64,000 bases of DNA, taken from NCBI GenBank assembly GCA_965267575.1, contig OZ254086.1, positions 3,840,001 through 3,904,000 on the forward strand, given 5' to 3'. The DNA comes from Calditrichales bacterium. GTDB taxonomy: Bacteria > Calditrichota > Calditrichia > Calditrichales > J004. Below the pieces are notes generated by a model. That model saw nothing but the letters and a program-made list of their open reading frames with translations. It was not told the origin of the DNA and searched no databases. Shown in pieces: positions 36,453-47,400 of the stretch (positions are counted from its first letter, which is position 1; each line of letters begins with the position of its first letter). The translations under genes and the position numbers were made by a program.

Positions 36453-37457
36453 CTAACTCCCCTTTTCTACCGAACCCATCTCAAATGCCTTGTGCCCCAG
36501 CTTTTCAGCGGCAGAAAGAATTTCCCCGGAATCCTTTTGCGGAGCCGCGATAACCAGCCCAACGCCAAGATTAAACGTGCGCCGCATATCTTCTTCGTCC
36601 ACCTGTCCTTTACGCTGGATAAGATTAAACACCGCAGGGCGTTCCCAGGACTTCCAATTTATGCTCAACCTGAGGCCATCCGGCAGTATGCGCTTGCTGT
36701 TACCTTCTATGCCGCCGCCGGTAATATGGGCAAAACCTTTTGCGCCCAAGCCCATGGCCCGTTCAATCACATCAAGGTAAGAAACATGAACACGCAGCAG
36801 CTCATCAGCAAGTGAATGGCCCAGTTCATTTACGTGCTGGTCGATCTTGAAATTTTCCAGCAAAACTTTGCGCGCCAGGGAGTATCCGTTTGTATGCAGA
36901 CCGTTGGAAGCCACACCGATAAGAACGTCCCCGGCCCTTATGCCCGAACCATCAACGATTTTTGCTTTATCAACCACGCCAATAATCGTACCGCATAAAT
37001 CGTAATCCTTATTATGGTAAATGCCCGGCATCTCCGCTGTCTCTCCGCCTATCAGGGCGCAGCCGTTGTTTCTGCAGCCCCGCGCAAAGCCGCTGATTAT
37101 GGCGCTGAATACTTTCTCATCAAGCGAGGCAGTAGCAAAGTAGTCCAGAAAAAACAGGGGTCGGGCACCCATAACAGCGATGTCATTCACGCAATGATTG
37201 ACCAGGTCTTCACCCACCGTATCATGCCTGTTTGCCAGAACCGCTACGCGCAGCTTTGTTCCAACGCCATCTGTAGATGAAACCAGCACCGGCCTTTTCA
37301 ATTCCGCAGTATCCAGCTCAAACAGTCCGCCAAAGCCGCCCACATTTCCCAAAACGGAAGCATTATGTGTGGAACGGATCATCTCCTTTACATCGGAGAT
37401 AGCCCTTTCCCCTTTGGCGATGTCCACACCGGCATCTTTATAAGATGTCTTTTTCAA
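36453..37457 (-). CDS. purM: Phosphoribosylformylglycinamidine cyclo-ligase
   Basis: YKDAGVDI, TDGVGTK, GGETAEMPG, HTNGYSL, AHITGGG and TFNLGVG; TTG start. Confidence 0.97.
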   Translation of the reverse strand: MKKTSYKDAGVDIAKGERAISDVKEMIRSTHNASVLGNVGGFGGLFELDTAELKRPVLVSSTDGVGTKLRVAVLANRHDTVGEDLVNHCVNDIAVMGARPLFFLDYFATASLDEKVFSAIISGFARGCRNNGCALIGGETAEMPGIYHNKDYDLCGTIIGVVDKAKIVDGSGIRAGDVLIGVASNGLHTNGYSLARKVLLENFKIDQHVNELGHSLADELLRVHVSYLDVIERAMGLGAKGFAHITGGGIEGNSKRILPDGLRLSINWKSWERPAVFNLIQRKGQVDEEDMRRTFNLGVGLVIAAPQKDSGEILSAAEKLGHKAFEMGSVEKGS

Positions 37458-37510
37458 AACAAAACTCCATATTTATTTGAAGCGGCAAATTTAGCCAATA
37501 CGGTACAACT

Positions 37511-37539
37511 AAAAAAGGAGCCCTTTTAAGGCTCCTTTT
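37511..37539 (-). terminator. Rho-independent terminator after the acyl-CoA ligase gene
   Basis: AAAAAAGGAGCC-CTTTTAA-GGCTCCTTTT. Confidence 0.7.
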
Positions 37540-37542
37540 ATT

Positions 37543-39345
37543 TTAGTTGTTGTTTTTATACATCGCTTCAATTTGCTGCTTGTATTCATCCTCCACGACA
37601 CGCCGCTTGACCTTCAGCGATGGTGTCAATTCACCGGTTTCGATTGTAAACGCTCTTGGCGCAAGGAAGAATTTTTTGATCGTTTCGTAGCTGGCCAATC
37701 CGGCAGAAAGGCGATCTATTTCGGATTGTATCAGCTCTTCAACACCGTCCAGCTTTACAAGCTCCTCAAAACTGTTCCAGCTCAGGCCCTTACCCTCGGC
37801 CCATTTGGCAAGCGCATCTTCGCTCGCGACGATAACCGCGCTGCAAAACTTGCGGCGATCACCAATGATCATAACCTGGTCGATGTATTTACTGGTAATC
37901 AGCGTGTTTTCAATCGGCTGCGGCGCGATATTTTTGCCGCCTGCGGTAACAATGATATTCTTTTTCCTGTCCGTGATTTTAAGGAAACCCTGGTCATCGA
38001 TAAACCCGATATCGCCTGTATGGAACCAGCCGTCGTCATCGATAACTTCACGCGTTTCCGCTTCTTTTTTGAAATAGCCGACCATCACGTGCGGACCGCG
38101 TGTCAGTATCTCGCCATCTTCAGCGATGTTTACCTCCACGCCGGGCACCACGGGACCAACCGAGCCAAACTTGAATTTATCCAAACGGTTAACAGAGATA
38201 ACTGGTGACGTTTCCGTAAGACCATAACCTTCCAGAATGAGCAGTCCGGCCGCTCCGAAGAACTCTCCGATCTCCTGGGAAAGCGGCGCGCCGCCGCTTA
38301 CGAAAAAGCGCAATCTGCCGCCGACCCGTTCCGCCAGTTTAGCAAACACAAGCTTGTATGCCAGCCCGCGTTTCCACTCCAGCATGCCGGACGGCTTGGT
38401 GCCTTCCGATATATGCTTTACATATTTCTGGCCCACGCCAACGGCCCAGTGAAAAATCTTTTGTTTTACGGCGGACCCTTTCTCCACATTTTCAAGCACG
38501 CGCGCGTACATCTTTTCGTACAGCCTCGGAACGGAAGTCATTACCGTAGGACGGATTTCTCCCATGTTTTCGGCAACGGTATCGATGCTCTCGGCATAGG
38601 CGATGGTTGTTGAGGTGTAGTATGCGAGAAAGTGCCCGGCCATGCGCTCAAAAACGTGGCTAAGCGGGAGGAAGCTTAAGAAGACATCTTCCGGGGTTAC
38701 TTCCAGGCATTGCAGGCCGGCCTCAATATTGGAAAGCAGGTTTTTGTGCGTAAGGATGGCCCCTTTGGGCTCACCCGTTGTTCCGGAAGTATAAATAATA
38801 GTCGCCCAATCATCTTCTTTTACCTTCTCCGCTTCTTTATCAACGTATTGCGGGTGTTTTTGCAAATATGTTTTGCCCTGCTCTACAAGATTATCATAAG
38901 ACTTCCAGGGCTCTTTGAGGTCGCTCACGCTCTCATCGATAGCAAAAAAATGTTTTGTGGATTTCAGGTTTGAACGTACCGAATCAACTTTTTCGATCTG
39001 TACTTCGTCTTCGGCAAAGACAACCTTCGATTCCGAATCATTAAGGATATATTGAACCTGCTCTTTCAGCAAGGAGGGATAGATCGGCACAAGAACAGCC
39101 CCCAGCGTTTGTGCAGCAAAATCCGTAAGCGCCCATTCCACGCGGTTTCCGGAGATAATGGCTACTTTGTCGCCCTTTTTTATGCCCAGGTCGGCCATTC
39201 CACCGGCCAGATTTGTGGCCCGTTCGATTGCTTCCTTGTAGGTGACACGCAACCATTGACCGTCTTTTTTGAACATATAGGCTGTCTTAGACGGATTCTC
39301 GCGCAGTTTTGCGAGAAACATCGTGCCCAGGCTCGAGTAACGCAT
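37543..39345 (-). CDS. Long-chain fatty acid--CoA ligase
   Basis: YTSGTTGEPKG, FLPLSHVFER, EGYGLTE, WFHTGDIG and ELTPSLKVKR. Confidence 0.92.
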   Translation of the reverse strand: MRYSSLGTMFLAKLRENPSKTAYMFKKDGQWLRVTYKEAIERATNLAGGMADLGIKKGDKVAIISGNRVEWALTDFAAQTLGAVLVPIYPSLLKEQVQYILNDSESKVVFAEDEVQIEKVDSVRSNLKSTKHFFAIDESVSDLKEPWKSYDNLVEQGKTYLQKHPQYVDKEAEKVKEDDWATIIYTSGTTGEPKGAILTHKNLLSNIEAGLQCLEVTPEDVFLSFLPLSHVFERMAGHFLAYYTSTTIAYAESIDTVAENMGEIRPTVMTSVPRLYEKMYARVLENVEKGSAVKQKIFHWAVGVGQKYVKHISEGTKPSGMLEWKRGLAYKLVFAKLAERVGGRLRFFVSGGAPLSQEIGEFFGAAGLLILEGYGLTETSPVISVNRLDKFKFGSVGPVVPGVEVNIAEDGEILTRGPHVMVGYFKKEAETREVIDDDGWFHTGDIGFIDDQGFLKITDRKKNIIVTAGGKNIAPQPIENTLITSKYIDQVMIIGDRRKFCSAVIVASEDALAKWAEGKGLSWNSFEELVKLDGVEELIQSEIDRLSAGLASYETIKKFFLAPRAFTIETGELTPSLKVKRRVVEDEYKQQIEAMYKNNN

Positions 39346-39476
39346 ACATCCTCCTTATCTGAGTGCATTCGGAATATGGTTTTTTGGGATCGGAAAATGA
39401 GCTAGGCCTTTAAAGAATTAAAGGACAGCATAAGTTAATTATTTTCAAATGGTTTGCAAACAAAAAGGAAGCAGAA

Positions 39477-40703
39477 TCAGTCAGGATTGTCCGATTGCCG
39501 GCGCCGGATTTTTTCCTGCAGACGCGCAGCCCGTTTCTCAAAGCGTGTCTGCCATTCTTCACCATAATCGGCGGCCCGGCCCAGCTCCCGGCTTAACTCC
39601 AGCATTTCCAGGGCGCGGCGACTGGCAGAAATAGCCGCCTGCAGATTTTTTTGAACATGCTCAAAATATTTGGCCTGTTCCTCTAAAACAGCAAGCCCGT
39701 ATTGACGATGCGTCGAAAGCATCTGCCAGATATTATTGGCTGTTTCCCACTCGCCGGCACGCTTATGAGCCAGGCTCTTCCAAAAATGGTAGTCCGCAGA
39801 AAAAACCTGTCCGTTGTCCGAGTGCGCCTCAAGATGAGCAAATATGCTTGTATCATTAAGGTCTGTGCCTAGACGGGCCAATCGTGTAACCGCGGAGCTG
39901 TCCAATGGCAGGCGAAATGGCTTCGTTTTGAGAAAATGAAGGCTGTCCATGATCATCGCCAGGGAGACAATATCACGATAATTATGCTCAATCAGCCGGA
40001 CGACATCATGAACGATACCGTAGCGGATAAAATCAAAATAGGCCTGCGGGATCATAAAACCGGGAATATCACCATCGCGCACCACACCGAGAAGCAGCTG
40101 CTCCATGGATTGCAGACTGCAGGAGGAAACAGAATCTTTGAAAAGGCGCCGGCAAAGATGAATCAAATCTATATGGGTGAGCTTCTTTAAATCGTTATCA
40201 ACTCGATTTAAAATGAAGCGGTTATTGAGCAGCGGCAGGTCATAGCTTTTACCATTATAGGAAACGATATAGTCAAATTTTTGCAGCCACTCTTTCAGGT
40301 CGTTAAACAGGCTGGATTCCCGTCCGAAATCCGGCAGAAAAAACTGGCGGCTGACAATGGCATTATCTTCCCACCAGGCAAATCCAATCAGAAAGGCGAA
40401 TGTTCCCGCGCCACCAGCCAGACCGGTTGTCTCCAGATCGAAAAACACACATTGCTGCCGCGGCACGGGTGCTTCAAGCTCCATGCGGCTTAACAGCGAC
40501 AGATCTACGCTTTCATGACAGAAAGCCGAGCCGTCAATGCGCCGGTCAATCCTTAGAACCGGCGCTTCGTCGTAGACAATCTGACCCTTAAAATGCTCCA
40601 CCAAGGCTTTTACATGCGCCGGGACGGCCTGCTGCTTTTCCGTTTCACCGTTCCCGCCCTGCGCGGCTTTTTTGTAAAATTCCAGCTTTTGAGATAAGTC
40701 CAT
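39477..40703 (-). CDS. YprB/MrfB-like RNase H-fold exonuclease with C-terminal TPR
   Basis: FFDLETTGL.GG.GT, SYNGKSYD, HIDL.H and HN..DIVSL; downstream of the DUF1998 helicase. Confidence 0.85.
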   Translation of the reverse strand: MDLSQKLEFYKKAAQGGNGETEKQQAVPAHVKALVEHFKGQIVYDEAPVLRIDRRIDGSAFCHESVDLSLLSRMELEAPVPRQQCVFFDLETTGLAGGAGTFAFLIGFAWWEDNAIVSRQFFLPDFGRESSLFNDLKEWLQKFDYIVSYNGKSYDLPLLNNRFILNRVDNDLKKLTHIDLIHLCRRLFKDSVSSCSLQSMEQLLLGVVRDGDIPGFMIPQAYFDFIRYGIVHDVVRLIEHNYRDIVSLAMIMDSLHFLKTKPFRLPLDSSAVTRLARLGTDLNDTSIFAHLEAHSDNGQVFSADYHFWKSLAHKRAGEWETANNIWQMLSTHRQYGLAVLEEQAKYFEHVQKNLQAAISASRRALEMLELSRELGRAADYGEEWQTRFEKRAARLQEKIRRRQSDNPD

Positions 40704-40705
40704 AA

Positions 40706-42979
40706 TCAGGCTTCCTGCGGAATCATTTCCAGTATTTTCAGGGCGCTCTGCTTGGAAACCGCGCCGCTCTCCAGCGTTGGTCCCACACAGGACGGGCATC
40801 CGCTCTGGCAGGGACAGGCCTTTATATGTTCCATCGCTGCTTTTAGTAGGGCTCTTTCGCGCTTATAAAGTTTCTTGCTTAACCCGATGCCGCCCTGGTA
40901 TTTGTCATAAATGTAGACAGTCGGTAAATGGCTGAACGGGTCGCGTACCATGGAGAAAACGGCCACATCGCTTTGGTCGCACATCACGTAGAGCGGCACC
41001 AGCTTGCCAAGGGCGTAGGCAATCCCCTTCAGGCCTTCGCCGATAACCGATTCCTTAAAATACGGGTGGGCAAATGAGCTGTCCGGAAACTGCAACATCA
41101 TCGCGTCGGTCTGCATTTCCAGTTCCGGCAAATAGACCCGGCCAAAACCAATATTTTCGTGGCTGCGAAATTTGATCTTTTTATAGCCAGTGGTTGTTCG
41201 CGTCACGGCCACTTCGCCGCAGTATTTTACATACACCCCTTCATCTTTCTCTTCCACCACGTCCAGAACCTTTATGTCGACCTTGGTGATGGCATCCGTA
41301 TAATGGTCGGAATCCACGCGGTGCACGTAGGCTTTGCGCTCTTCCCAATCCAGCTTATCTACATAAAAGGGCACGCTGTCATGTATATAGATTGCTTCAT
41401 CGTGAACCAGTTCCTGGCTGGCAAACAGGTCAATCTCACCAATAACGCGGTTCTTGTTGGATGTATCGATGATTACCACGTTTTCCTGCGTCGCGTTGCG
41501 CAGGCTTACCTCGTCCGCGGGATAGATCTCGCTCATCCAGAAGTATTTGCCGTCGGTTTTGCGCAAAATGCGCTCATCGTTGAGATAATCCAGCAGCTGT
41601 CCGGTAATGTGGGGAACGAACTCTTCGTTTTCCTCAAATGGCAGCTCAAAGGCAGCGCATTTCAGGTGGCTCATCAAAATGGGCAGATTCTGTCGATCGA
41701 TAAAAGCCGTCTCGGGATTCTTGCCAAGAAAATAATCGGGATGTTCGATGATATACTGGTCCAAAGGTGCGCTGGAAGCCACGAGAATCGTCATGGAAAC
41801 GCTTTGCCGCCGCCCTGCCCGACCAGCCTGCTGCCAGGTGCTGGCGATTGAGCCGGGATAGCCGGCCATGATCGCAACATCAAGCTGACCTATATCAATA
41901 CCAAGCTCCAGGGCATTCGTGCTTACTACAACACGTATGTCACCATTCTTCAGGCCTTTCTCGATAGCTCTTCTTTCCAGGGGCAAATAGCCGCCGCGAT
42001 AACCGCGTATCTGGTTTTTGGGGATCTTCATCTCACGCGCCAGGTCGTGCAGGTAGGTTACCAGCAATTCCACGCGCATACGGCTGCGGGCAAATACGAT
42101 GATCTGCGCGCCTGTGGGCAATAATGTGCGTACAACATTCTTCACTTCATTGACAACGCCGCGACGCAACCCGATCTCGGCATTGACCACGGGCGGATTG
42201 TAAAACAGGAAGTGCTTTTCGCCGCTGGGAGCGCCGTTATCATCCACCAGTTCCACATCCTCGCCGATGATTTTTTCGGCCAGCTCTTTCGGATTGTCGA
42301 TTGTTGCGCTGGAGCAGATAAAGCGCGGATTACTGCCGTAAAAAGCACAAAGCCGCTTTAGCCGGGCCAGCAGATTGGCCATGTGGCTGCCAAAAACACC
42401 GCGATAGGTGTGCAGTTCGTCCATCACGATAAAGCGCAGATTTTCAAAAAGCTTTATCCACAGGGTGTGGTGCGGCAAAATGCCCTGGTGCAACATGTCC
42501 GGGTTGGTCACCACGATGTTACCCGCCGTTCGGATCGTTCGTCGTACATCTGCCGGTGTATCACCATCGAAAGTAAACGTTTTCAGCGATGCTTTTAGCC
42601 TGTCATTCAGGTCCTGTACCTCAATAAGCTGGTCCTGGGAAAGCGCCTTGGTCGGAAACAGATAGAGCGCCCGCGCTTCGGGGTTATCAAGAAAATGATT
42701 GAACACGGGCAGGTTATAAGCCATCGTCTTGCCTGATGCCGTCGGCGTAACAACAACGATATTTTTGTTTTGGTTGTAGACCAGATCAAAGGCCTGCGCC
42801 TGGTGCGTATAAAGCTCTTTTACGCCTTTGTTTGTCAGCGCTTCGCGGATACGCGGATTAAGTTTTTCGGGAAACGGAGCATAGCGGGCGGGACGCGGCT
42901 CTATGGTCATCCAGCGCGTCAGTCGCGATTGAAATGTGCTGTCTGCGGAGAGGTAATCGACAAGTTGTGCTAAATTCAT
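40706..42979 (-). CDS. DEAD/DEAH-box helicase with DUF1998 (MrfA/YprA/Hrq1-like)
   Basis: PTASGKT, PTKALSQDQ, TNPDMLH, DELH, ALELGIDIG, QQAGRAGR and C-terminal CPCQSGCPSC. Confidence 0.92.
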   Translation of the reverse strand: MNLAQLVDYLSADSTFQSRLTRWMTIEPRPARYAPFPEKLNPRIREALTNKGVKELYTHQAQAFDLVYNQNKNIVVVTPTASGKTMAYNLPVFNHFLDNPEARALYLFPTKALSQDQLIEVQDLNDRLKASLKTFTFDGDTPADVRRTIRTAGNIVVTNPDMLHQGILPHHTLWIKLFENLRFIVMDELHTYRGVFGSHMANLLARLKRLCAFYGSNPRFICSSATIDNPKELAEKIIGEDVELVDDNGAPSGEKHFLFYNPPVVNAEIGLRRGVVNEVKNVVRTLLPTGAQIIVFARSRMRVELLVTYLHDLAREMKIPKNQIRGYRGGYLPLERRAIEKGLKNGDIRVVVSTNALELGIDIGQLDVAIMAGYPGSIASTWQQAGRAGRRQSVSMTILVASSAPLDQYIIEHPDYFLGKNPETAFIDRQNLPILMSHLKCAAFELPFEENEEFVPHITGQLLDYLNDERILRKTDGKYFWMSEIYPADEVSLRNATQENVVIIDTSNKNRVIGEIDLFASQELVHDEAIYIHDSVPFYVDKLDWEERKAYVHRVDSDHYTDAITKVDIKVLDVVEEKDEGVYVKYCGEVAVTRTTTGYKKIKFRSHENIGFGRVYLPELEMQTDAMMLQFPDSSFAHPYFKESVIGEGLKGIAYALGKLVPLYVMCDQSDVAVFSMVRDPFSHLPTVYIYDKYQGGIGLSKKLYKRERALLKAAMEHIKACPCQSGCPSCVGPTLESGAVSKQSALKILEMIPQEA

Positions 42980-43037
42980 TGCATGGCATCCGGGTACAAT
43001 GCGCAGAAATTAAAATGGTATACGTTCGGATACAAAT

Positions 43038-43070
43038 AAAAAAAGCCTGCTGTGTGAGAGCAGGCCTTTT
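43038..43070 (-). terminator. Rho-independent terminator
   Basis: AAAAAAAGCCTGCT-GTGTGAG-AGCAGGC. Confidence 0.65.
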
Positions 43071-43123
43071 AAGCATTTGATGTAGTTTACCGCCAGACGG
43101 CAATATTTGTAATTTTCGGAAAA

Positions 43124-44461
43124 TCAGAGTCCGCTCAAAGCGGCATCAATGCTGGCGATTACGTCAGAAACAGTAGGCTGTGCCGATGACTGCGTAAGGT
43201 CCAGCAGGTAGAGATTGTAGTTGCCGCCGCGGTCCGAATGAAACAGCACTTTGGTGGCGTCACCGGAAAATACGGGATTCAGGTCATCCGCCGGGTTGGA
43301 TGTCAAACGAATCTGCTCGGAGCCGTCAGCATTCATCTGGTAAACTTCATAGTTGCCGTCACGATCGCTGAAAAAGGCGATCTTGCTGCCGTCTTTGGAA
43401 ATATCCGGCGCCGTATCATTTACGCCGCTGTTAAAAGTGATTCGTTTTTTATTGGTGCCGTCAAATTGAATCTTATAAATCTGATAGGAGCCTTCTTCAT
43501 CACTGTCGTAAAACAACGTGCCCTTTTCTTCCGTGCTGCCCGGTGCCACAACCGCGTTACCGTCGTCGGATTCGTTTTCTGTCACGCGGAGCTGAAAACG
43601 CCCGTCATCTTCCATGATATACACTTCACTGCGCAACTGCCCAAAATCAACGTCGCGCAGATCATCGCGCTCACTTACAAAAGAGATAAAATGACCGCTG
43701 TGCGCGAAACGCGGGCGCCAGTCGTCGGCGCTGTTTTGCGTAACATTCATCACGCGGTCCATCTCCAGATTATGGATCATGATATCGCGTACTTTAAGAA
43801 AATACTCGACGTTACGGTGGTCTTCTACTGTAGAAGTATAGGCTATCGATTTGCCATCGGGACCGTACACCGGCATCTCTTCGTGATGCGGCGTTTTGGT
43901 AAGCTGTTTCGTTTCGCCGCTGGCCATGTCGTATTCAAAAATATCCCAGTTGCCGTCGGGATCCGCCTGATAGATAATTTTGCTGTCATCCGCGGAAAAA
44001 CTGCCAAAAGCTTCGTTGGCGGACGTGGCCACCAGCGGCGTCACCTTGAAAGCATCCACAAATTTCGGCGCAATGCGATCCAGGTAAGCATTTCCGGATG
44101 AGCTCTGCAGTACTTCTTTGTAAGCGGTTAACGCACGCCGTTTGTCCCCCATCTGCTCAGAAATCTCGCCGTACATGATTTTGGTCTCGGGATCGTTCGG
44201 GTCAATAGATAAGCCACCCTCTAACACCTTGAGGGCATCAAGACTGCGGCCGTTTTCATGGTAGAATTGTGCCAGCTGCCGGCGGTACTCAAGATTATTG
44301 GGATTGCTGTCCACCTGGTCATGCAGCTCTTCGGCCCTTGACTGCAGCATTTCATCCTGGAAAGGAGCGTATTCTCCGGTCGCGCTTTTGGACCCGGAAC
44401 AGGCTGCCAGCATCCAGGCAATAAGCACACCTGCTAATAATGTTACAATCCGCTTGCTCAT
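43124..44461 (-). CDS. Lipoprotein with TPR and TolB-like (PD40) beta-propeller
   Basis: Lipobox LAAC and repeated P..S.DG.KI.F.SDRDGN motifs. Confidence 0.85.
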   Translation of the reverse strand: MSKRIVTLLAGVLIAWMLAACSGSKSATGEYAPFQDEMLQSRAEELHDQVDSNPNNLEYRRQLAQFYHENGRSLDALKVLEGGLSIDPNDPETKIMYGEISEQMGDKRRALTAYKEVLQSSSGNAYLDRIAPKFVDAFKVTPLVATSANEAFGSFSADDSKIIYQADPDGNWDIFEYDMASGETKQLTKTPHHEEMPVYGPDGKSIAYTSTVEDHRNVEYFLKVRDIMIHNLEMDRVMNVTQNSADDWRPRFAHSGHFISFVSERDDLRDVDFGQLRSEVYIMEDDGRFQLRVTENESDDGNAVVAPGSTEEKGTLFYDSDEEGSYQIYKIQFDGTNKKRITFNSGVNDTAPDISKDGSKIAFFSDRDGNYEVYQMNADGSEQIRLTSNPADDLNPVFSGDATKVLFHSDRGGNYNLYLLDLTQSSAQPTVSDVIASIDAALSGL

Positions 44462-44478
44462 AAAAAAGCTCCTTGGTA

Positions 44479-47400
44479 TTAGCCTTTTATTTGATTGATG
44501 CGTTTTTCGGCATCACGTTTAAGAATCAAATCTATACCGGGCCTGTCGATAATTTCCTGGTACATGCGCACGGCATCGGAAATACGGCCCAGTTTTTCAT
44601 ATGCCTGGCCGGAATAATAAAGAGCACTGGCCTCCCATTGCAGCTTCGTTTTTTTGGACATCAACGGGATCTTTACGAATTCAGCAATGGCTTCCTCGTA
44701 TTGTCCTGCTTTGAGATAGGCCTCGCCGATATAGAATTGTATTTCCGGCTCCCTTTCAGTATCGGCTTCTAATTTGATAGTTTTAAGATATTCTACCGCG
44801 TTTTGAAACTGATTAAGGTTTATAAAGGCCTGAGCGACAACAAGCTTTTTGTCCAGCCGGTCTTCGGCACGCGGATATTTTTCGATATACTCCCTGGCCA
44901 AACCCTGGGCGGCATCCCAAAACCCGGTCAATGTATATGTTTTTATCAGATTGCTCATCACCTGACCGGAAAGCTCGTCGTCCTTGCTGCGCTGCAGGGC
45001 GGTTTTGAATGTGGCAATGGCCGCGTCGTATTTCTCCGTACGGAAATGCAGCGTACCCAGCGTGTTAAGCACCCAAGGGATTTTGTCGCTGCCCGGATAA
45101 TTTTTCTCGAAGTTCGTTAAAATCTCGAAGGCGTCCTCGTACTTGTTTAGCGTAATATAGGTCAAAGCCGTGTAATACTCGGCATCATCCACGCTGGAAG
45201 AACGCTTATACGATCGCTTTACGGTATTAAACGAATTTATAGCCCGGTCAAAGTTCTTGTTGCGGCGGTGGTAATCGCCCAGCTCCAGCGTAAAACGGGC
45301 CAGGTAATCATTTTCATCGGAAAAAGAGCGCTTGTACTCTTTTATGTAATTCTCGCTCTCGGCAATCGCGCCGGTCTTGATCTTGCAGATTATGAATTTT
45401 CCGCGTATCTCTTTTTCGGCGGCGTTCCCGCGGAAAAGCCGGGCCAGGTCATCGTATATGGCGGCAGCTTTGTCAAACTGCTGCTCTTCAAAATAGATAT
45501 CCGCGGCGGAAAGCCGGGCCTGGCCATACATGCTGCCCGCCTCTTTGGACACTTTCTCATAGTAGTTCTGCGCCAGAAGTTTTTTGTTTTGCTTGCGGTA
45601 CAATTCAGCCAATTCAAAACTGACCAGATCACGCAGGCCCCCCTGCGGCGCAAGACGAAGATAGTCGCTCAGCAGGCTCCGTGCTTCTTCCTCGTGCCCC
45701 AGTCTTGCATGGGCCAGCCCAAGGTAAACCACATTATTGCTATAGTTGTCATCGAGAAAAGCGCCGCCCAGTACCAGGTCATTACGGAAGGGATGGCGCA
45801 CCACCTGTGCGAGAGCCGCAACCGTCTCCTCGTACTGGCCCGCTTTAAAAGTGAGCTCGCCCTGTTCCTGCGCTGCCTGCTCGGCTTCTTCGCTGTAAAA
45901 GTAAATATTTTTCATACGCTCAAGTAGCTGCAGGGCGCCGGCATACTGCCCTTCTTCACGCAGGCTTTGAATAACCTCCTGCAAGGCCAGTACCGCGAAC
46001 CGCGAATTGGCATGGCTCAATGCAATCTGCTTGTATATCTCCAGCGCAACCGCCGGACTCTCAGATTTTTTCAGCCGCGCGTAGCCAAACAGGTAAGAAG
46101 GATAGCGCTCCGATTGCTTAAATTCTGAAATCAGCTTTTTGAAATACTCTTCGGCATCATCGATAAAGCGCGTGTCAAATGCGAGGGTATGGGCCAGGTT
46201 TTCATACCACTGCTCGCGCAAAGGACTTTGCGGGTATTTTTTGATCAGCGTTTCAATGTAGCTTTTCTGTTTTTCCAGCGAGATCGTATCAATATTGATC
46301 TTGGTTTGCACCATCAGCCAGGATGCTTCATCGGGCTCGCTGCATGTGGAAATATTTTCCACGGATTTCGTAAACGCCTCCGCCGCTTTGTTCATGTAGA
46401 GCTGGCTTTGCGCTTCATTGCTGTTCTCGGCATCGGCCATTTTCAGCAAGGTCTTGCCAATGTATAAATGCGCATCACCGGGACGGTTTCCTTTTTGCAG
46501 GGCCTGTTCAAAATGCATCCGTGCATTGTTATAGTCTTTCAGATCATCGTAATACAGGCGGCCCAGCCGGAAAGACGTATTGCCCGTGCCCGAATTCATC
46601 GCCGCCAGCATATCGACTACGCTTTTAATAGTCTGACCCTGGTCCACCAGATGATAATTTACGATGTTGGCGTAGAGGGCATCGGCTTCTTCATAATGTA
46701 TGCTCGCCGGGAACTGATCCAGTATCTGGCGCAGGTGATAGGCGCATTCATCATATTCTTTGAGCGCTTTATTGGCCACGGCCAGATAAAAGTGCAGATT
46801 ATCGAGCGCCGGGTGGCGCGTTAGCACGGGCAGCTGCGGGGCAATCTCTCTTACCAGGTTCTGCCAGCGTTTGGCCTTGTAGAGCACTTCCGCCAAACGC
46901 ACGATGTATTCTTCGGAAGAAGGAGCCTCGCGCATGCGCTGATAGGTAAAGGCCAGTGCCTGGTCATATTCGCCGTCGCGCTCCAGCCAGGAAAAATAGA
47001 TATTGCTGACCGCTTTGTTCAGGCTGTGAGCACTGCTGCCCTGCAGAAGCGCATTGTTCAGCAATTCGCGGCCCTTTGTTTTCAGGTTTTGGCGGCGCAA
47101 CGCCAGAGCATGCTTTAGAGCAATGGCCAGAGCAAGCGAATCGTTGTCCGTTTCCGCCTTTTCGTAGGCGCCTGCCGCCAGCGCATAACGTTCCTGCAGG
47201 AAATAGGCATCGCCGTTTAAAACCTGTATCCGTCCGGACATCTTATCCGCCGGGATTTTTGCGGTATACTGCGGCACTTTCTCAGCCTGGCCGCTGATCA
47301 GGTAGGATTGGGCCAAAGCCAGCGCGGCATCCTCGGCCTGCGCCGATGCCGGAAAGCGCTCCAGCACGGTACTGAAATGTTTGATGGCGTTTTCGGCATA

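Noticed and set aside
39477..42979. DUF1998 helicase as an anti-phage system (DISARM DrmAB / Druantia)
   Set aside because: It is a single fused helicase paired with a YprB/MrfB-like exonuclease among housekeeping genes, with no methylase or other defence genes. This matches the MrfAB repair pair.
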